50,210 nt of DNA, taken from Patescibacteria group bacterium UBA5187. Lineage in GTDB: Bacteria; Patescibacteriota; Minisyncoccia; Phycocordibacterales; PALSA-1337. The DNA is taken from the NCBI GenBank assembly GCA_002413065.1, contig DHWH01000015.1, positions 100,326-150,535 on the forward strand. The letters are read 5' to 3'. The notes beneath the pieces are model-generated. The model was not told where the DNA came from, did not search any database, and saw only the letters and a program-made list of their open reading frames with translations. The position numbers were made by a program, and so were the translations under genes. Below, piece by piece: positions 44,349 to 50,210 of this stretch. Positions within the stretch are counted from its first letter, which is position 1, and each line of letters opens with the position of its first letter.

Positions 44349-45479
44349 CTATTGTATTATTTTTTCTGCATTATTATTTGTGATCTTAAATAGATCGAAT
44401 TGATTGTTATCCGCCTGAACACCGCCGATAGCATCGAATGTGAAAGTTCCGTAGGCCGCACCGTGGAAGGGTTGTGAGCGCAAATATGAGTTATAGTTTG
44501 TATCGATACCTTTGTCTCTCAGCATGGCAGCTATAGCAATGACCGCATCATACGATGTAGCAGCGCCAAATACAGGATCAGTTTTGTACGTTTCAACATA
44601 GGATTTCCTGAAACCCTTATCTGGAGCTGACGCACTGAAGTACACGACTCCATCGTACAAATCTTTGTAATCCGGCTGAGCATAATGATCATTGATGAAT
44701 TCATCTCCGTACATCGGTAAATGCGGCAATATATTGTGTTTTGTTTTTAAGAAATTTATGACCGCTTTCTCGTCATACAGCGCGAATATAACAGCATCGG
44801 CACCTGATGATTTCAATTTGAGAGTCTGCGTTCGCAAGTCGGCCACGCCCGAATCAACAAGTTCCGTTGAAACAATAGTTATTCCCCTGGCTTCGGAGTA
44901 TTTTTTAACCCGTGCGGCAAAATCAGTATAGTATGGATCATTCTGATATATCTGTGCCAACTTCTTTACACCATGATTGGCCATATACTCACTTATAATC
45001 TTTGCCTTAACGTCAGTTCGATACCACGTTGAAAATACATTCGGATGAATGATATTGCCGTTAACCGCTTCAATGCCGGCATCAGGACTGATGAGGATAA
45101 TATTTTTATCTTTGACCAACTCGGCAGCTCCTTGATACGAATCAAGCCATGTCGGACCGACAATTGCCTTTACTTTGTTGAAACTGATCAATTTTGTAAC
45201 TGCAGAGATGGAACCTGCGCTCGAGCTTCGCATATCTTCCACAATCAATTCGAGCGGATGACCGTGTATTCCGCCTTGTGCATTTATATCCCTGACTGCA
45301 AGCTCGGCCCCATTTTTAGCGGCTTCTCCCCACGAAGCTGCGTCACCCGTAAGCCCGAAAGCACCGCCGATCTTGATAGATTCCTGCGTTGTCATTGGTT
45401 TTTTATCTGCATTGAATAGAGAGGAGGCGCCTGTTACTGCAACCACTATAACAAGTCCCCCTATTATTTTTTTATTCAT
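44349..45479 (-). CDS. ABC-type substrate-binding protein, LivJ/branched-chain amino acid-binding-like (Peripla_BP_6)
   Basis: Signal anchor MNKKIIGGLVIVVAVTGASS, IKIGGAFGLTGDAASWGEAAKNGAELAVRDINAQGGI.G.PLELIVED. No permease or ATPase genes nearby. Confidence 0.85.
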   Translation of the reverse strand: MNKKIIGGLVIVVAVTGASSLFNADKKPMTTQESIKIGGAFGLTGDAASWGEAAKNGAELAVRDINAQGGIHGHPLELIVEDMRSSSAGSISAVTKLISFNKVKAIVGPTWLDSYQGAAELVKDKNIILISPDAGIEAVNGNIIHPNVFSTWYRTDVKAKIISEYMANHGVKKLAQIYQNDPYYTDFAARVKKYSEARGITIVSTELVDSGVADLRTQTLKLKSSGADAVIFALYDEKAVINFLKTKHNILPHLPMYGDEFINDHYAQPDYKDLYDGVVYFSASAPDKGFRKSYVETYKTDPVFGAATSYDAVIAIAAMLRDKGIDTNYNSYLRSQPFHGAAYGTFTFDAIGGVQADNNQFDLFKITNNNAEKIIQ

Positions 45480-45630
45480 ATATGTTTGTATTAAGTATTA
45501 ACCGACAATCTATCTAAATATTTCGTTACAATGATAATACACATGTGTCAATATATCAATAAATACGGCTTTTAATCTAGCTTAGTAAACTAATAATTTA
45601 CTTTATATTTGTTTTCTGTATACTATAACT

Positions 45631-46464
45631 ATGATTGAAATTCTCGACTCGTCTATTAGCTCACGCATCATATCCATTCTGAAAAATGGACCTTTGTCTG
45701 CGCTTGATATCGTCAAAAAAATTCAATCCTCCAGGATACAAACGCCAAAACAAAGCATTTATCTTGCCTTAAGAAAACTAAAAAGTAAGGAAATACTCGC
45801 GGTAAACAAAAAACAAATTGCATTACATCAGACTTGGATTTCCCATATGCAACAATTCTTCATTGAGGCGGATCATAGCGTGAACACAAAAGAAAATAGT
45901 CTGACCAACCTAAAAGAGGGCGAATACATAACTTATAAATTCAATAGTCTGGTTTCTCTCGACATGTACTGGGCGCACGCGGTCATGGTATTCCTCAAGA
46001 ATCAAAATAAAGAAGAACCGGTACTTTTTTATAATCCTCATGAATGGTTTTTTATTGCCAGAGAAAAAAGCGAATACAGTATTATCAAGGAAGCACGAAG
46101 ACGCGAGATACCATGGCTTCATTTAATAGGCGGAGCAACGCCTCTCGATAAGATAGTGAGAAAATTCTTTGATGGGGTACACGCAAAATGCCATTTTCTC
46201 GGAGATCACGTGTATCCGAATACCTACTACGTGAACTGCTTCGGTGATTTTGTGACAGAAGTGCAGATCGACAAACAGGCAGCGCAAGAGATCGAAACAA
46301 TATATTCAACACACGATCATACCGGCACAGACGTGGTAAAACTTCTCGAAGCTTTAATAGCAAAAGATACCTTTACACATAAAATGAAAATATCCCGCAG
46401 TGCCCGGAAAGCAAAAAAGATCGTATCTCTTTTCAAAAAATATTTTTTGTTCAAACAAGCTTAA
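45631..46464 (+). CDS. hypothetical protein with N-terminal winged-helix DNA-binding-like domain
   Basis: ISILKNGPLSALDIVKKIQ....QSIYLALRKLKSKEILAV resembles a MarR/TrmB-type wHTH. The remainder is unknown. Confidence 0.45.
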   Translation: MIEILDSSISSRIISILKNGPLSALDIVKKIQSSRIQTPKQSIYLALRKLKSKEILAVNKKQIALHQTWISHMQQFFIEADHSVNTKENSLTNLKEGEYITYKFNSLVSLDMYWAHAVMVFLKNQNKEEPVLFYNPHEWFFIAREKSEYSIIKEARRREIPWLHLIGGATPLDKIVRKFFDGVHAKCHFLGDHVYPNTYYVNCFGDFVTEVQIDKQAAQEIETIYSTHDHTGTDVVKLLEALIAKDTFTHKMKISRSARKAKKIVSLFKKYFLFKQA

Positions 46465-46487
46465 AAAACTACTCCGCACCACTATCA

Positions 46488-47462
46488 TTACTCCTTATTT
46501 TTCTTACTATGAAACTGCTTATGAACTCTCCTCAATTCGCTATCCGTTACGTGAGTATAAATTTGCGTCGTACCGATATTCGCATGACCCAAAAGCATTT
46601 GAACAGAACGCAAATCAGCGCCGTTTCTCAATAAATCAGTTGCGAAGGAGTGGCGAATGACGTGCGGCGTCACTTTTTTTGAAATACCGGCTTTGATCGC
46701 ATACTGTTTCACAATTCTTTCGACTGAACGACTGGTCAGACGCAATGAATCACGCTTTGAAGATAGCTTGGCAGATGCCTTGCCTGAATTTTTACTTCCA
46801 TCTCCTCCTTTTCCCAATATTTGCACAAACAAGGCATCATCCATGTCATCACGTTTATCCAGATATATTTTGAGCCACTTTTTTGCTTCTTCGGAAAGAA
46901 AGACGACTCGAACTTTGTCACCCTTGCCTCGAATTGAAAAATCATCGAGTTTGAGATTAATCTCGCGGGGAAGAGAACATAATTCGGATACACGAAGACC
47001 GGTAGAAAAGAACAACTCCATCAGAGTCCGGTCGCGCAAACCGCGCAACGTAGCGGTATCTGGAGCATCAAGCAACCGAGTCAATTCTTCAGTTGAAATA
47101 AGATCGAGTGAACGTTCTGGTGTTTTTGCCAGCTCAATGCGGTCCGGAGGCAGACTCTTTATATTCATTCGAGCCAGATACTTCAAAAAAGCCCGCAGGG
47201 CGATAAGGTAATAATTCTGAGTCTTTCTCTTCAATGTACCTGCAGTTACGCCTTTTGTGAGCGCTCCGACCTGGCGATTGAGCCACAATCGATATTCGCG
47301 GACATTCGAATCGGTGATATCTTTTGGGTCTTGTATCTTGGAATACTGAATAAAACGGCTCAAATAGCGGTCATAATTCTCTATAGTCTTCAGACTTCGG
47401 CCTTTTTCGATCTCAACATATTCGAGAAATTGCTGTTTGAGGTCTTTAATATTGTGCGACAT
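46488..47462 (-). CDS. tyrosine recombinase, XerC/XerD family
   Basis: N-terminal SAM-like domain ([22 protein letters not shown]). Catalytic region [38 protein letters not shown]. Start set to the ATG at 47460-47462. Confidence 0.9.
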   Translation of the reverse strand: MSHNIKDLKQQFLEYVEIEKGRSLKTIENYDRYLSRFIQYSKIQDPKDITDSNVREYRLWLNRQVGALTKGVTAGTLKRKTQNYYLIALRAFLKYLARMNIKSLPPDRIELAKTPERSLDLISTEELTRLLDAPDTATLRGLRDRTLMELFFSTGLRVSELCSLPREINLKLDDFSIRGKGDKVRVVFLSEEAKKWLKIYLDKRDDMDDALFVQILGKGGDGSKNSGKASAKLSSKRDSLRLTSRSVERIVKQYAIKAGISKKVTPHVIRHSFATDLLRNGADLRSVQMLLGHANIGTTQIYTHVTDSELRRVHKQFHSKKNKE

Positions 47463-47498
47463 GGAAGTATTGTAACATTGCACAATGGATCAAAATAC

Positions 47499-47526
47499 TT
47501 GACAAATATCTATCGTGTGCTAAGAT
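47499..47526 (+). promoter_or_regulatory. near-consensus sigma70-like promoter
   Basis: TTGACA-N16-TAAGAT, pointing towards rpsO. Confidence 0.5.
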
Positions 47527-47529
47527 TTT

Positions 47530-47807
47530 GGCATAGTCTTCTGTTCAATCATGTACTGAGTCCCTAAAAAGATAGGTATGTGGGCAAAAGACAAAAAGAA
47601 AGGCACCATGAACTCGCCTCCGAATCAGCACAAATTGGAAGAAAATAAAATCATTACCCCCGGCCGCGTCAGCGCCAAATTTTGTCCGTAAACGGCGCCG
47701 ACGGCCATCCTTTAGAGTAATTGTTAATGGTTCTCGCAAGTCGCGCTAACTATACAAAGACTCAAAGGAAAATGCCGCTCACCAACAAAAGGAGAGCGGC
47801 ATTTTTA
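47530..47807 (+). ncRNA. candidate ~275-nt ncRNA (or small-protein mRNA) bounded by a promoter and a terminator
   Basis: Promoter at 47499-47526. 12-bp G+C-rich interrupted stem 47662-47676/47694-47706 extended by ATTAC/GTAAT. Terminator 47771-47807. It contains a 27-codon ORF at 47608-47691 with GAAAGG 4 nt upstream. Confidence 0.35.
47771..47807 (+). terminator. intrinsic terminator
   Basis: AATGCCGCTC-13 nt-GAGCGGCATT followed by TTTAA. Confidence 0.7.
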
Positions 47808-47885
47808 ATCCACAGGAACACGCCACTAAAAACATAAAGTTACGGGTTATTGCAATTTAACCACATTCATGCTACTATAGCTCCC

Positions 47886-48152
47886 ATGTTAACAACACGC
47901 CAAAAGACTAAAATCATCAAGGAAACATCAGTAAATGCCAAGGATACGGGATCTTCCGAAGTCCAGGTTGCCTTGTTGACCAAGCGTATTGAGGGACTCA
48001 CCGGCCATCTCCGCAAACACCGCAAAGACAACCACTCACGACGCGGGCTCCTCGGCATGGTTGCTGACAGACAGACCCATTTGAACTACCTCAAAAAGAA
48101 TCATCCTCGAAGATACTCTGCTATCATAAAGAAATTGGAACTCAAGAAGTAG
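47886..48152 (+). CDS. rpsO: 30S ribosomal protein S15
   Basis: [13 protein letters not shown]...[44 protein letters not shown]. Start set to the ATG at 47886. Confidence 0.95.
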   Translation: MLTTRQKTKIIKETSVNAKDTGSSEVQVALLTKRIEGLTGHLRKHRKDNHSRRGLLGMVADRQTHLNYLKKNHPRRYSAIIKKLELKK

Positions 48153-48200
48153 GGCGGTCTATTGGCAGGTTAACATGTGCCTGAAAACTATTTTCAGGTT

Positions 48201-48240
48201 AAAATGTAGTCGGAGTTTTTATACACACTACATTTTAAAG
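48201..48240 (+). terminator. hairpin terminator region after rpsO
   Basis: AAAATGTAGT-16 nt-ACTACATTTT (10 bp), preceded by a second hairpin CCTGAAAA-cta-TTTTCAGG (48180-48198). Confidence 0.5.
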
Positions 48241-48282
48241 AATTTTAGAAATTTTTAATAATTATCGTAACTTTTCATTTTT

Positions 48283-48804
48283 ATGGCAATAATCAAACAT
48301 AAGGAACAGCGTGTCGGCGTTTTTATCGACGCGCAGAACCTCTATCATAGCGGCAAGAATTTATATCACTCGAAAGTTAATTTCGGACAAATAGTTAAAG
48401 ACGCGGTCGACGGACGCAAAACTGTTCGTGCACGCGCTTATGTAATCTCAACGGAATCCGGCGAAGAAAATGCATTTTTCGACGCACTTACAAAAATGGG
48501 CATCGAAACCAAGGTCAAAGACCTGCAAATCTTCAGTTCCGGAGCAAAAAAAGCAGACTGGGACGTAGGCATAGCGGTTGATGCAATCAGTTTGGCACCA
48601 AAACTCGATGCGGTCATTCTTCTCACTGGTGACGGTGATTTCGTACCGCTCGTCGAATACTTACAGATGAATATGGGCTGCCAGGTTGAAGTCGCATCAT
48701 TCGGCAAATCTACATCCGCAAAACTCATCGAAGCTACGGACCACTTCATGGACCTCGACATCAATCCGAACAAATACTTGCTCAGGTCTGGAGGAAAAAA
48801 ATAA
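48283..48804 (+). CDS. NYN domain (LabA/DUF88-like) putative RNase
   Basis: RVGVFIDAQNLYHS...ARAYV...DWDVGIAVDAI....LDAVILLTGDGDFVPLVEYL. Confidence 0.85.
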   Translation: MAIIKHKEQRVGVFIDAQNLYHSGKNLYHSKVNFGQIVKDAVDGRKTVRARAYVISTESGEENAFFDALTKMGIETKVKDLQIFSSGAKKADWDVGIAVDAISLAPKLDAVILLTGDGDFVPLVEYLQMNMGCQVEVASFGKSTSAKLIEATDHFMDLDINPNKYLLRSGGKK

Positions 48805-48848
48805 AGTAACAATTACTAATCCTCCGTTCTTGCGCTATAATAGCCTCA

Positions 48849-50177
48849 ATGAACGAGGATACTATTGCTACATCTCAAAATACAAACGGGCAAGGACAAA
48901 ATGGGCAATCTCCTGATTTAGATCTGGATATTCCAGCTGAACAGGTGTTTGATATAAACTCAGATCTCACTATTTCTCCTTTTAAAAAAGAAACTCCTTC
49001 TCCGACCGCACCGGAAATGCCTGGAGCAATCAAAGAAATACCGCCGGCATATTCATCTCCATCCATAAACCTCATGAACAAAGATGCGCCGGTAGTGCCT
49101 CTTCATACGGCACCCCTCGTACCTCCTCCTGCAACCTCAAAACCATCTTTCGTGGCCGCGGCGACACCATTTACGCAACCTTTGAAAAAAATAAATCTCC
49201 TTGATATGGAAGAACCTGCTCCCACATCCGCAGCGCAAAAAACGAATAGCGAACTGAATCCGATCCGCACATATGAAGGTGACGTGGCGAAAGTAATGTC
49301 TCACAAGGGAACTTCGCTGGCTTCGATGACTATCGCGGAAAATAAAAAAAACGAGGGGACAGAACGTATCGGAAATGCGGAAACCGAGGCACCTTCTCAC
49401 ACCTTGCGCAATATTCTGGTAACTTTTTCCAGTCTTATTTTAATAATCGGCGGAGCATACGCGGCATATCATTTATACAGCATCAGCCCGCTTTTTCCAT
49501 CAACAACTTCGCCACAATCACAGCAACCTCAAAAGATCTCGGGTATCATTGGTGCGGATACGCAGGTAGTCCTGCCCATCGATAATCTATCCAACCGCGC
49601 CATTTCATCCAAAATCTTAGCCGAAATTGCCAAGGAACAGCGAGCAAACAGCATAAAAGAAATAGTCCTTACCCAAACATCGAACGGATCGGCATTTCGT
49701 ATTTCCGGTCCGGACATGATAGCAAAAATGGATATACCCGCACCGGATATACTCGTTCGATCGCTCACAAATCCATGGATGCTAGGCGTGTACGCAAATG
49801 AAAATCAGGAAAAAAGCCTGTTTGTCATAGTCACAAACAATTTCTTCCAAAACACCTTCGCTGGCATGCTTCAATGGGAACATGTCATGGCTGATGATCT
49901 GCGGGCATATGTATATAGCACAGAGAGCGTACGCGGGATCGCCAATACTTCATCACCGCTTGTTGCAGGAACAAGTACTGCCGCATATGTCACATTGCGT
50001 GGACAATTCCAGGACAGAATCCTGAAAAATAAAGACGTGCGGGAATTCATACAAGCCGAGGGGGAGACGCTTTTTCTCTATTCATTTATCGATAATACGA
50101 AATTGGTTATAGCAGGCAACGAAGCCACTCTTTCGGAAATAGTCACGAGACTTGAAAAGCAGGCTTTTGTGAGATAG
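48849..50177 (+). CDS. single-pass membrane protein: Pro-rich disordered N-terminus plus ~220-aa extracytoplasmic domain, hypothetical
   Basis: TM helix ILVTFSSLILIIGGAYAAYHLY. No family recognised. Confidence 0.55.
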   Translation: MNEDTIATSQNTNGQGQNGQSPDLDLDIPAEQVFDINSDLTISPFKKETPSPTAPEMPGAIKEIPPAYSSPSINLMNKDAPVVPLHTAPLVPPPATSKPSFVAAATPFTQPLKKINLLDMEEPAPTSAAQKTNSELNPIRTYEGDVAKVMSHKGTSLASMTIAENKKNEGTERIGNAETEAPSHTLRNILVTFSSLILIIGGAYAAYHLYSISPLFPSTTSPQSQQPQKISGIIGADTQVVLPIDNLSNRAISSKILAEIAKEQRANSIKEIVLTQTSNGSAFRISGPDMIAKMDIPAPDILVRSLTNPWMLGVYANENQEKSLFVIVTNNFFQNTFAGMLQWEHVMADDLRAYVYSTESVRGIANTSSPLVAGTSTAAYVTLRGQFQDRILKNKDVREFIQAEGETLFLYSFIDNTKLVIAGNEATLSEIVTRLEKQAFVR

Positions 50178-50210
50178 AATTGCCCTATGAATAAAAAAGA
50201 CATCGAGCAT

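Noticed and set aside
50188-50210. ATG followed by AATAAAAAAGACATCGAGCAT at the window edge.
   Set aside because: Only 7 codons are visible, which is too little to support a feature.
1-50210. Alternative genetic code (UGA recoding as in some CPR lineages), CRISPR arrays, rRNA genes, IS elements.
   Set aside because: TGA terminates conserved genes at the expected lengths (comEC, HIT). No regularly spaced direct repeats, rRNA-like conserved blocks or transposase-like ORFs were seen on either strand.

Overview
A 50.2-kb, gene-dense bacterial chromosome segment using the standard genetic code: TGA, TAA and TAG each terminate well-conserved genes. Most hand-counted 60-nt blocks are AT-rich (about 35-45% G+C), with a few G+C-rich islands. 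Housekeeping content: an interrupted str operon (rpsL-rpsG, then fusA), rpmB, rpsO, nusA, a PPIase-less trigger factor, clpP, rny, rsmE, hup, pgk-tpiA, Fe/Mn SOD and a membrane H+-pyrophosphatase. DNA-handling genes: recJ, xth, rnhA, yraN, a Xer-type recombinase and cca. There is a compact type IV pilus locus (3 pseudopilins, a large pilus-associated protein, pilC, pilB) and a ComEC split into two genes. The window also holds four tRNAs without encoded CCA, large secreted repeat proteins and many small membrane hypotheticals. This combination resembles a reduced-genome Patescibacteria/CPR-type organism, but that is inference only. No rRNA, CRISPR array or transposase was seen. Main items for follow-up: (1) a decayed accessory island downstream of the 3' end of tRNA-Gly(UCC), holding a C39-like peptidase, a GRDP-like gene with an in-frame TAG, an HExxH protein, and an XRE regulator paired with a frameshifted Pycsar-effector-like membrane protein. 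(2) The two ComEC halves share a nearly identical ~54-nt upstream element, and the MBL half has lost its metal-binding motif. (3) Four unusually long, structured noncoding gaps look like unclassified ncRNAs; three are bounded by intrinsic terminators, one only by a weak terminator-like structure, and two also have candidate sigma70-like promoters. (4) A Doc toxin is paired with an excisionase-type HTH antitoxin and three GGTTAAC boxes. (5) Three G+C-rich, probably horizontally acquired genes. Family names come from motif recognition by eye, not from database searches.
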